Below are positions 54,300 to 64,000 of a stretch of DNA of 64,000 nucleotides, one piece after another. Origin of the DNA: Octopus vulgaris (Eukaryota); assembly GCA_951406725.2 (NCBI GenBank), contig OX597823.1:67704001-67768000 (forward strand). Reading direction: 5' to 3'. Numbering within the stretch: position 1 is the stretch's first letter; each line of letters starts with the position of its first letter. Made by a program: the position numbers and the translations under genes. The notes beneath the pieces were generated by a model that saw nothing but the letters and a program-made list of their open reading frames with translations, had not been told where the DNA came from and made no database searches.

Positions 54300-54803
54300 G
54301 AACTCCCTGGTTTGGATTTGAAAACACTGAAAGTGGGAGCATACCCTTTCGGCTTGTTATCACTTCTGAAGATCTGCTCGAAACTAACAGTGCCAGCAAA
54401 CTCAAATATGCAAGCGAAGAATTTCTGCTCTCCCCTTTCCACCAGCGTGGGTTAAAAACAGTAAACACTATGCTTTTTTCGGTAAAATCCGAGGCATTTG
54501 AATAGAGAGAGATGAATTATAATTTCAACAATTGAGGGTAAAATTAATTAATTAATCAATTTCACCAAGTATTCAGTATGCAAAGGGACCATTTAAGGCG
54601 AATTCAAATTATTACATTATATAAAAGGGCTTAGTAAAATAAATTACTTTGCCGCATACTGAACTCATTAGAAATAGCAGCTAAAAAACTTTTTAAAACT
54701 ATTTCCAATACTTAAAGAAAACCTCTCTCATATAGTGTTTGCTCAATTCAACTCACGAAAGTATGGGGGTAGAGACATTAAAAAATCAAATGCAAAGGTT
54801 ATT

Positions 54804-54856
54804 TGAGAACGTACGTTTCAAGATTAGTCAAAATCGACACTTCTATCATCAGCTCA
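54804..54856 (-). ncRNA. Minimal type I hammerhead ribozyme motif, copy 2
   Basis: Identical to 54247-54299, 557 bp away. Confidence 0.6.
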
Positions 54857-54890
54857 GAACTCCCTGGTTTGGATTTGAAATATATGGTTT

Positions 54891-54932
<42 letters not shown>

Positions 54933-55025
54933 TATGTATGTGTGTGTATGTATATATATATATATCTATGTATGTATTATGTATGTGTGTATATATATAT
55001 ATATATACATGTATGTATGTATTAT

Positions 55026-55065
<40 letters not shown>

Positions 55066-55174
55066 ATGTATTATGTATGTGTGTGTATATATATATATAT
55101 ATAATGTATGTATGTGTGTGTATATATTTATATATATGTATTATGTACGTAAGTATATGTGTGTATGTATATAT

Positions 55175-56462
55175 ATCAAATCATCCCATAAGTTCTGTCC
55201 GAATTTTGAATAAACAAAACAAGTGATCAAATGTTATATTTAATTGAAATTTAATCATCAATGTACTTTCCCTGATTATCTATGTTTTCCTTCCATCTAT
55301 TTACAAGCTTTTTAATTCCACCAATGTAAAACTCTTTTGGCTTCAAAGCAAAGAACTCTGAAATGTCAGTTTCAACCTCCTCCTGGCTTGCGAAAATTAT
55401 GTCCACCAAATGATTCTGTAAACTATGAAACAAATGGTAGTCTGAAGGAGCAAGGTTGGGAGAATAAGGTGGATGAGAAATTTTTTCCCAACCAAGCTTT
55501 TCGATCTTCTGTGATGTCATCTTTGCAGTGGGGAGGCCATGCATTGTCCTGATGAAACATCACTCCTTTTCAATTTACTATAGTGGGTCTTTTTTTCTTT
55601 AAAGCTTGGTTCAAACACTTTAATTGCTGACAGTAGACTTGAGCATTGATTGTTGCATTAGGTGGTAACAATTCAAAGTAAATTACTCCTTTGCAATCCC
55701 ACCAGATAGAGAGAACCTTTTTCCCAGGGAGTTCCCTTCTGGATTGTGGTTGAGATTTTTCCCTTTTACTAAGCCACTGTTTATGACATTTAACATTTTG
55801 ATAGGAGATCCATTTTTCATCATCAGTCACAAGTCTATCCAAAAAGGTGAAATGAGTTTGCAAGAATGGAGAGAAGGGCAGATGTCAACTCGGGATTTAC
55901 GGTTGCTTTCAGACAATTCATGAGGCACCCATTTTCTAAGTTTAGGAAACTTTCCAAGTTGTTGAAGATGATGATGAACAGTTGTATGGTTTGAACTAAG
56001 CTTTATTGCCAATTCTTCAACTGATAATGCAGGGTTTTCATCAAATAATGCCTCAAGGAGCTTATCATCAAACTCAACTGGACGTCCTGTTTAATCTTCA
56101 TCTTCAAGGCTGAAATCTCCACTTCTGAATTTTGCAAACCATCTTCTGCAAGTTCTTTCATTCAAGCATTCTTTCCCATGAGCTGAGTGTATGTTTCGAG
56201 TCACTTTGGTTGCAGGGTTTCCTTTTTTGTACTCATAAAGCATTATGAGCCTCAAATGCTCTCTGGATACTTCCATGTTAGAAAGGGTTTTAATGAAAGA
56301 AATTTTAATTCTATTATTCTGTAAAATAATATTTAATTAGTTTAAATGTACACAAATGCATAAAAATAATCTTAAATTCCATCAGACATTGTAAAATACT
56401 ACTAAATTTCATTGAATTTTAAAAAAGGTCAAATTGGACAGAACATATGGGATGATCTGATG
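55175..56462 (-). mobile_element. Full-length (~1.29 kb) mariner element, transposase disrupted
   Basis: TIRs ATCAAATCATCCCATAAGTTCTGTCC / GGACAGAACATATGGGATGATCTGAT in TA context. Confidence 0.95.
55251..56276 (-). pseudogene. Mariner (DD34D) transposase pseudogene
   Basis: RTCRRWFAKFRSGDFSLED, WVPHEL, FLDRLVTDDEKWI and HPPYSPNLAPSDYHLF, split by stops and frameshifts. Confidence 0.95.
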
Positions 56463-56629
56463 TGTATATATATCATCATCATTTAGCGTCTGCTTTCCAT
56501 GCTAGCATGGGTTGGACGGTTCAACTGGGGTCTGGGAAGCCAGAAGGCTGCACCAGGCCCAGTCTTATCTGGCAGTGTTTCTACGGCTGGATGCCCTTCC
56601 TAATGCCAACCACTCCGTGAGTGTAGTGG

Positions 56630-56975
56630 GTGCTTTTTACGTGCCACCTACACAGGTGCCAGACAGGGCTGGCAAACGACCACGGACGGATGGTGCTTTT
56701 TACGTGCCACTGGCACGGGGGCCAGGTGAGGCTGGCAATGGTCACGATTGGATGGTGCTTTTTACGTGCCACCGGCGCGGAGGCCAGTCGGGGCGGCGCT
56801 GGCAATGGCCACAGTCGGGTGGTGCTTTTTACGTGCCACCGGCACAGAGGCCAGGCGAGGCTGGCAATGGCCACGATCGGATGGTGCTTTTTACGTGCCA
56901 CCGGCATGGAGGCCAGTTGGGGCGGTGCTGGCAACGGCCACGATCGGATGGTTTGCTTACGTGTCGCCGGCACTG
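56630..56975. repeat. GC-rich tandem repeat (~60-67-bp unit, ~6 copies) in the RTE 3' UTR
   Basis: Recurring TGGTGCTTTTTACGTGCCAC..GCTGGCAATGGCCACGATCGGA. Confidence 0.9.
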
Positions 56976-57159
56976 GTATCACAGCTGCAATTTCCATTGA
57001 TGTTGATCGACTTTGATTTTGGTTCTGATTTCTGATATCTGATTTGATTTCCACTTGCCTCAACGGGTCTTCACAATTGGAGTTTTGTGTCCCAAGAAGG
57101 AAAGGTATGCATAAGTCAACTGGTTACATCCCATGTAGAGGCCACGGGTTATGGTCTCA

Positions 57160-58860
57160 CTAGTTCTGCCTGGTCTTCTCACGCACAGCATACTTCCATA
57201 GGTCTCGGTCTCTAGTCATTTCCTTGGTGAGACCTAAAGTTCGAAGGTTGTGCTTCACCACCTCGTCCCAGGTTTTCCTGGGTCTACCTTTTCCACAGGT
57301 TTCCTCAACCGCTAGGGTGTGGCACTTTTGCAAACTATCTTCAGCCATTCTTGTCACATGACCATACCAGCACAAACGTCTCTCTTGCACACCACAACTG
57401 ATGCTTCTTAGGTCCAACTTTTCTCTCAAGGTACTTACACTCTGTCGAGTATGAACACTGACATTACACATCCATCGGAGCATACTGGCTTCATTTCTTG
57501 CAAGCTTACGCATATCCTCAGCAGTCACAGCCCATGTTTCACTACCATGTAGCATGGCTGTTCGTACACATGCATCATACAGTCTGCCTTTTACTCTGAG
57601 CAAGAGGCCTTTTGTCACCAGCAGGGGTAGGAGCTCTCTAAACTTTGCCCAGGCTATTCTTACTCTAGCAGTTACACTTTCAGCACACCCACCCCCGCTA
57701 CTGACTTGGTCACCTAGGTAATGGAAGCTATCAACTACTTCTAGTTTTTCTCCCTGGAATGTGGTAGAAGTTGGTCTCTGCACATTTTCAGTGTTTATTG
57801 CTCCTGAGCATCTGCCACAAACAAAAACTATTTTCCTAGTTAGCCTTCCTTTGACATTGCTGCACCTCTTATGTGTCCATAGCTTACACTTGGTGCATCT
57901 TATAGAGTTTCTACCTACACCTTTTCTACAGATCGAGCAGGGCCAACTACCTGAAGGCGTTTGTGATTGGTTTACCTTCCTACTTATTAGGACTTTGGTT
58001 TTGGCTAGGCTGATTCTAAGGCCCTTCGATTCTAATCCTTGCTTCCACACCTGAAACTTCTCCTCCAGTTCTGATGGTGACTCAGCAATTAGAGCAAGGT
58101 CATCAGCATAGAGAAGCTCCCAGGGGCATCCTGTCTTGAATTCCTCTGTTATTGCCTGGAGGACTATGATAAATAGGAGGGGACTGAGGACTGAACCTTG
58201 GTGGATGCCAACCTCTACCCAGAATTCTTCACTGTACTTGTTGCCAACCCTCACCTTACTAGCAGCGTCTCTGTACATGGCTCGCACAGCTCTCACTAAC
58301 CATTCATCTATCCTTAGTTTCCTCATTGACCACCAGATAAGGGATTGGGGGACCCTGTCGAATGCTTTCTCCATGTCAACAAAAGCCAGGTACAGGGGCT
58401 TATCTTTGGCTAGGTATTTCTCCTGCAGCTGTCTTACCAGGAATATAGCATCAGTAGTACTTTTCTCTGGCACGAACCCAAACTGCATCTCATCTAAGCT
58501 AACTCTCTCTCTAAGTAATTGGGCTATAACCCTCTCCGTAACCTTCATTACCTGATCCAGCAGCTTGATACCCCTGTAGTTATTTGTATCTAGGGCGTCA
58601 CCTTTACCTTTGTAGCAGTTGACTATTATGCTGCTACACCAGTCATTGGGAATGACTCCTTCGTGTATCACCTGGTTAACTATACGGGTGACTAGGCTAT
58701 AGCCGACACTACCAGATATTTTGAGCATCTCTGCAGTAATTCCTGATGGGCCAGGGGCTTTCCTTGTCTTCATGCTTGTAATTGCCTTAACTACTAAGGA
58801 ACTGTCAACTCGGATTGCTGGTCCCTCTGTTGGGTCGACATTTGGCAGACTCTCTTTATA
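57160..58860 (-). CDS. RTE LINE ORF2, C-terminal part: reverse transcriptase plus PHD-like Cys/His finger (endonuclease missing)
   Basis: Open frame with KAPGPSG, NYRGIKLL, QFGF, FVDMEKAFDRV, HQGSVLSPLLF, LYADD, YLG and GRPRKTW. The first ~20 codons of the listed ORF (to 58917) come from the adjacent transposon. Confidence 0.9.
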   Translation of the reverse strand, partial: YKESLPNVDPTEGPAIRVDSSLVVKAITSMKTRKAPGPSGITAEMLKISGSVGYSLVTRIVNQVIHEGVIPNDWCSSIIVNCYKGKGDALDTNNYRGIKLLDQVMKVTERVIAQLLRERVSLDEMQFGFVPEKSTTDAIFLVRQLQEKYLAKDKPLYLAFVDMEKAFDRVPQSLIWWSMRKLRIDEWLVRAVRAMYRDAASKVRVGNKYSEEFWVEVGIHQGSVLSPLLFIIVLQAITEEFKTGCPWELLYADDLALIAESPSELEEKFQVWKQGLESKGLRISLAKTKVLISRKVNQSQTPSGSWPCSICRKGVGRNSIRCTKCKLWTHKRCSNVKGRLTRKIVFVCGRCSGAINTENVQRPTSTTFQGEKLEVVDSFHYLGDQVSSGGGCAESVTARVRIAWAKFRELLPLLVTKGLLLRVKGRLYDACVRTAMLHGSETWAVTAEDMRKLARNEASMLRWMCNVSVHTRQSVSTLREKLDLRSISCGVQERRLCWYGHVTRMAEDSLQKCHTLAVEETCGKGRPRKTWDEVVKHNLRTLGLTKEMTRDRDLWKYAVREKTRQN

Positions 58861-60706
58861 CCATTCGGTGAATAAGTTGTCATCTAAATTAAGCAAAAAT
58901 GAAAATAATACTGACATCTCATTTTAACAGATATATTTACCAAAATTACATAAAAATATTTTGAAATACTAAAGAATAAATTTATTCAATAAAATCGCGA
59001 CTGGCTTCAACCATGGCATCCATACGACTTTGGAATATCCTGCAACTCTTTGGGACAGCTTCCTTGTGTAAGTTGGTGAATGCTGCCATAATCCTTGCCT
59101 TCAGTTCACCTTTGGTGTTAAGGAATTTTATTGGTCTCTTGCTCAACTGTGCCCCACACATAATAATCAATGGGGTTGCAGTCTAGGGAGTAAGGTGGCC
59201 AGATGTTAGGGATGATGTGGTCGCAGAAATTGTCTGACAGCCATGACTGAGTTCTGCTTGTGTGGTATGATGCAGAGTCCTGTTGCCAGTCATAGGGTCT
59301 TCAAGTAGCCACCCTCTTGACCCAGGGCAGCATGTGAAATTGTTTTTCCCACAATAGTTCAGAACTCCAGTAACAAACTCATTTGCATACAGCTAATCAA
59401 AGCTCACCTTAACCTTGTTGTCACATTAACAAACACACTTTACCAAGTAAACTTAAGATGAAGAACAGTGTTGTGAGTCAACTGATTGCCAAGTTATACC
59501 TGATTTTAGGAGAAAAGTAATTAGATAGATTTGCATCTATACCTATTATTGGATTTTGTTAGAGCCCCAGATGGTAAAGATGTGGATGGGAAAAATGTGG
59601 GTAGTGGGTGATGTGCTAGCAACCCTTTTCCCTTACTGTTTTACAAAGTAAACAACAACACAAATAACTGAGCAGAGGTAGCCATGGTTGAAACAAGAAC
59701 AACAAGCATTATTAAAAGAGAAAAGAAGTATAGTCATTCCTTACCCAAGTGACCTTATCTTATCCCCCATCACTTGTTATGCACTCATAAATTAGCTTGA
59801 TAGTTGAGCTCTGATTGGTTGTATGCAAATGAATTCATAATTGGTGTCTGGAACTCTTGTGAGGAAAACATTTTTGCAGGCAGCACTACCTCCTCCAGGC
59901 ACTTGATGTAGGTTTGTGTTGAGTGTGAGGCCATGTGGGAAGATGAATGGAGGCATAACATTGCTATAACTAGTGATCACTCCGAACACCATGATGTGAC
60001 TGGATGTTTGATTTTTATCACTCAGTACATATTCAGGGGCCATGGCAAACCAACAGTTGTTCTGTGTGATCACCATCTGATCCTGGTAGAAAGTTTTCTC
60101 TTTTGATAAAAACCAAAGCATGTTCAGTTGGAGGGGATGCTTGAGTTTGTTCAAAAGCTTCATAGCATGGTCTTTTCCCTTGTCCTTGATGGCTCGGGAT
60201 TAAAATTGGCCCTTCCTCATCTTGTATGAGGAATACCAAATGTTTTCATGCACTACCTGTCTGATAAGACATTCAGACACTCTCATGACCTTGGCAATGG
60301 ACCTGATTGACTTGGAAGAATCGTTGTCAATCATAGCCTGGATTTCACTAACAAATTCAGGAGTTCTTTTCTTATCAGAATGATCAGAGTGAGTTTCCTG
60401 AGTTGCCATACCATCGTAATCACCATTAGACTTATCCAACTCTTTCTGAATCCTCTGCACTGTCCTCAGATTGATACCCAAACACTCTGAAACATTCGTA
60501 ATGGAACTTCTGGCATGAATGGCCAGCAGTACAGCATATCGTTTCCAAATCTCTGGCAGAGTGAATTGTCCTATGGTACTGTTTTTTTCACAGATAGTGC
60601 CCACCTGATACTACTATATTGTGTAGTCGACAAAATAAAAAAAAACAATATGCATGCACAAAATAAAAAATGTAAAATGGTGACAATTTACCCTTTGCAC
60701 TCTCTA
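58860..60706 (-). mobile_element. Degenerate Tc1/mariner-superfamily element, maT (DD37D)-like, interrupted at 59333-59878
   Basis: HTH-like N-terminus (60200-60604), IMVFGVITS..MPPFIF, WQQDSASYH and WPPYSLDCNPIDYYVWG. Terminus GGGTAAATTGTCACCATTTTA near 60680-60700. Confidence 0.85.
59333..59878. mobile_element. Unclassified 546-bp TIR element, TG..CA ends, 7-bp TSD
   Basis: GGCAGCA duplicated at 59326-59332 and 59879-59885; ~75-bp imperfect TIRs. Removing the element restores the transposase frame YIKCLEEVVLPWVKRVA. Confidence 0.85.
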
Positions 60707-60935
60707 TGTGTGTGTGTGTGTGTCTTTGTGTCTGTGTTTGTCTCCCATTATTACTTGACAACCTTGTAGGTGTGCTTACATCCCCATAACTTAGTTGTTC
60801 AGCAAATGAGACTGATAGAAGTACTAAGCTTTAAAAAGAAAAAAGGTACTGGGGTCAATTCATTTGGCTAAAATCCTTCAAAGCGGTGCCCCAGCATGGT
60901 CGTGGTCTAATGATTGAAGTAAAAGATAAAAGATA
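60707..60935 (+). mobile_element. SINE family A, 3' half
   Basis: (TG)n-TCTGTGTTTGTCTCCC..CATCCCCATAACTTAG..GCGGTGCCCCAGCATGG..AAAAGATAAAAGA. Confidence 0.8.
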
Positions 60936-61510
60936 TGCAAAGTAGTAGACTGGATTTGAACTAGAAACCCCTACTTCTAAGCTAAGCTATGTTCTAACAA
61001 AACAGTTTAAATGTAAACATAGCCCACTTACAAGGTTTCATACTCTGAAAAGTGGGAGGTCTGGTTGATTATATTGATACCAGATCTTGAATATTACTTG
61101 AATACATTTTATTGGTTCTTGTTAAAAGTTTTAATTGCTGAGGACTAAGTTAAATCATCATCATCATCATCATCCTATAATGTCTATTTTCCATGCTGGC
61201 ATGAGATTGATGATTTCACCAGAGCTGGCAAACCAGAGAGCTGCACCAAATTCCAGTCTGATTTAGCTTGGTTTCTATGGCTGGATGCCTTTCCTAATGC
61301 CATCCACTTTACAGTGTGTGCTGGGTGCTTTTAATGAGGCACTGGCACAGGGCTTTTGCAGGCCAATCCTCTTCACCAGGGGATGTAGCCTTAACACTTC
61401 TGTTGTGGAGAAAAGGTTTTCTTGAGTATAGCAAGGTGCCAAGTAAATGAAGTACTACAAATATTCTATATATGTAGCTTTATTTATGTTACAATATCTC
61501 TAATACCCTA

Positions 61511-61910
61511 AGGTGGCAAACTGGCAGAAATGTTAGCACACCAGGCGAAATGCGTAGCCGTATTTCGTCTATCATTACGTTCTGAGTTCAAATTCCGCTG
61601 GGGTCAACTTTGCCTTTCATCCTTTCGGGGTTGATAAATTAAGTACCAGTTATGCACTGGGGTTGATGTAATTGACTTAATCCGTTTGTCTGTCCTTGTT
61701 TGTCCGCTCTATGTTTAGCCCCTTGTGGGTAATAAAAAACAGGTATTTCATCTGTCTTTACATTCTGAGTTCAAATTCTGCCAAGGTTGACTTTGCCTTT
61801 CATCCTTTCAAGGTTGATAAATTCAGTACCAGTTGCGTATTTGGGTCGATCTAAGCGACTAGCCCCCTCCACCAAAATTTTAAGTCATGTGCCTAGAGTA
61901 GAAAAGAATA
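61511..61910 (+). mobile_element. SINE family B, dimeric form
   Basis: A full unit at 61511-61740 is followed by a second TTCTGAGTTCAAATTC..TTTGCCTTTCATCC unit. Flanked by AATATCTCTAATACCCT direct repeats (~61493-61509, ~61907-61923). Confidence 0.85.
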
Positions 61911-62446
61911 TCTCTAATACCCTGGATGTATTGAGTGCAGCAAGGCACCATTTTTACCATTTTTCTTTTTTCACTGACTTTTCACTGTACATACATCATA
62001 AAATGATAAAACAGAAATAACCAGTACATTTGTTTTGGGCAAATAACCTTATTTTAGACCTAATTACTTCTCTGAAACATTTCTCACAGAATTTACACCA
62101 ATTTCCCAAGTAGAATTGAAACACATTATTTTGAATTGGTCTGTTCAATTAAGATTTCATGAATTTTCAGGGAATAATAGCTTTCACTGGGAAACTGGGA
62201 ATAGAAAATGGATTTACTCTGCAAAATACCCATACATTCTAAAAACAGGAAAATCACTTTAAAAATATCACTGAAACATCAATATATACAATAAGTGTTC
62301 ATGTGTAGTTTGTGTGTAAACTATATTTGTTCAAATTTAGATTAATTCTTTTTGTAATCGTATCTCTAATAGAATCTGGTGATTGATTATGAATTATAAA
62401 AATAATCAACAATTTGAAGGGATTTTGTAAAATGACATGTTTTCAA

Positions 62447-62934
62447 TAACCATTTATTATTTAGATTACTCTGTCAATGTAATGCATATTTATTTATGCT
62501 AGTGGTTGTCAACTGGGGTCCACATAGCCCTTGCGGAGTTCATATAAGATTTTGTTGTTAAAATTTATGTGTAATAAATTGGTTAGACTTCTACAAATAC
62601 ACAAAGTATTTTAACAATCTTTTAATACAATTCCCAATGATATTTAATCATAAAAATAAAATGGGATTTTTTAAAAATATTGAATGGCTATAGGGCTCCA
62701 CTAGAATAAAATAGGAATCAAGGGGGTCCATAACAAAAATGGTTGAAAACCACTGATTTTCACTCTCTTGAATTAATCATGCAATGTCTTGTAACTTCAA
62801 AATTTTAATGATACAATTGCTTATTTTTAGTGACAGTGTAGGGTAAGTGTAAGAGGCCAGATCTGGTTGGTTAAAACATAAACCAAGTAGAATATTTGGA
62901 TCATATATAAGCAGTTTAAATGCTAAAGGGTTAA
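62447..62934. mobile_element. piggyBac-like MITE with a nested hAT-like MITE (62500-62755)
   Basis: The outer element matches 36693-36920 and ends TGCTAAAGGG-TTAA. The inner element has TIRs AGTGGTTGTCAAC / GTTGAAAACCACTG. Confidence 0.7.
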
Positions 62935-63304
62935 GTTGATGTGCAAAACATAGTGAGTTGGCAGAAGCATTACAAGATTGGTAAAATATGATATTTTTCC
63001 CTACTCTTTACAATCTGTTCAAATTCTGCTAAGATTAGTTTAGCTTCTCACCCCTCTGAGGCTGATAAAGTAAGGCACTGATCTATTACTGGAGTCGATG
63101 TAATTGACTAATCAGCTCTCTTCAAAATTGATGGTTTTATGCTTAACTTGGAAATAATTATTAATTTGGTGCTTGAAACCAAATTTCACAACAGGTTTTT
63201 AATAAAATTATGATAATTTCACGAGCAGGCTGTTCTATTGATTAAATCAATTGGAACCTTCATTGTTTTAACCACCAGAGTGCCAGTTATATATATATGT
63301 ATAC

Positions 63305-63693
63305 TCTTTAACTCTTTTCAGCCATTTGACTGCAGCCATTCTGGAGCACCGCCTTTAGTCGAGCAAATCGACCCTAGGACTTATTCTTTGTAAGCCTAGT
63401 ACTTATTCTATTGGTCATTTTTGCCGAACTGCTAAGTTACGGGGAGGCAAACACACCAGCATCGTTTGTCAAGAGATGTTGGGAGGACAAACACAGACAT
63501 GCAAACACACACACATATATACACATATATACGACAGGCTTCTTTCAGTTTCCGTCTGCCAAATCCACTCACGAGGCTTTGGTCGGCCCGAGGCTATAGT
63601 AGAAGCCACTTGTCCAAAGTGCCACGCAGTGGAACTGAACCCAGAACTATGTGGTTCGTAAGCAAGCTTCTTACCATACAGCCACTCCTGCAC
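63305..63693 (-). mobile_element. SINE family A (full length)
   Basis: Matches 28940-29370. Confidence 0.9.
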
Positions 63694-64000
63694 CTATGTA
63701 TGCATATATGTATATACATGACAGGCTTTCAGTTTTCATCTACCAAATCCACTGACAAGGCTTTGACTGACACTTGCAAACGTACATACATACAAGTACA
63801 TATATAATAGTAATGATGATGATGATGATGACTGGTAGTGGTTATAACTATGAGGAAAAGGAGGAAGATGAAGCTGGTAATGAAAGGGAGGAAAAGAAGA
63901 AACTGATCATATTGGTGGTGGTGGTGGAGTTAGGTATCAATAGTGATGAGGATGATGATTTAGTTAGTAGCCTCATACTTAATCTACCAATAAGTTTTAC

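Larger units (their letters stand above)
53961..54880 (-). mobile_element. Partial tandem (~557-559-bp unit) non-coding element in (TA)n, Penelope pLTR/retrozyme-like
   Basis: Near-identical direct repeat 53961-54519 / 54520-54880, flanked by TA-rich microsatellites. Each unit carries a minus-strand hammerhead core. Confidence 0.8.
56471..58860 (-). mobile_element. 5'-truncated RTE-clade LINE
   Basis: RT ORF plus a ~700-bp 3' UTR ending in a (GAT)n tail at ~56471. Confidence 0.95.

Noticed and set aside
54366-54392. Plus-strand CTGAAGA..GAAAC in the tandem unit as an antisense hammerhead
   Set aside because: No pairing stem II, position 17 would be G (GTG), and there is no stem I partner downstream.
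56630-56975. Repeat-spacer-like pattern resembling a CRISPR array
   Set aside because: The intervening sequences are homologous to each other, the context is a eukaryotic LINE UTR, and there are no cas genes.
56512-57063. Several overlapping 95-162 aa ORFs
   Set aside because: By-products of the GC-rich tandem repeat in the RTE 3' UTR.
58861-58917. Start of the 585-aa ORF as a real N-terminus
   Set aside because: This segment belongs to the end of the neighbouring maT-like element; the LINE is 5'-truncated and lacks its endonuclease.

Overview
AT-rich eukaryotic (animal) genomic DNA made almost entirely of repeats. The SINE families, RTE LINEs and (TA)n/(CAT)n microsatellites resemble those of Octopus/coleoid cephalopods (pattern recognition, not a database hit). 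No intact cellular gene is visible. The first ~12.5 kb keeps its CpGs and holds MITEs, a decayed CsRn1-like Gypsy LTR element and a foldback element. Around 10.3-13.3 kb there are promoter-like signals (Inr-like site, candidate first exon with splice donor, CTCF-like site). Downstream of that, CpG is visibly depleted, which fits a long methylated intron of a + strand gene, with one more candidate exon at 25835-26090. That region contains mariner, maT-like, Tigger-like, hAT-like and piggyBac-like elements, Helitrons, RTE LINEs and many SINEs. The most interesting signals are: (i) non-coding elements inside (TA)n tracts that carry type I hammerhead ribozyme cores, including a near-identical ~557-nt tandem pair with palindromic loop III suited to dimeric self-cleavage (Penelope pLTR/retrozyme-like); (ii) one SINE whose internal microsatellite has taken up ~7 kb of nested insertions; (iii) a compact T-shaped hairpin with two c(GNA)g loops; (iv) an unclassified TIR element with a verifiable 7-bp TSD. 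Most short ORFs in the supplied track are spurious.
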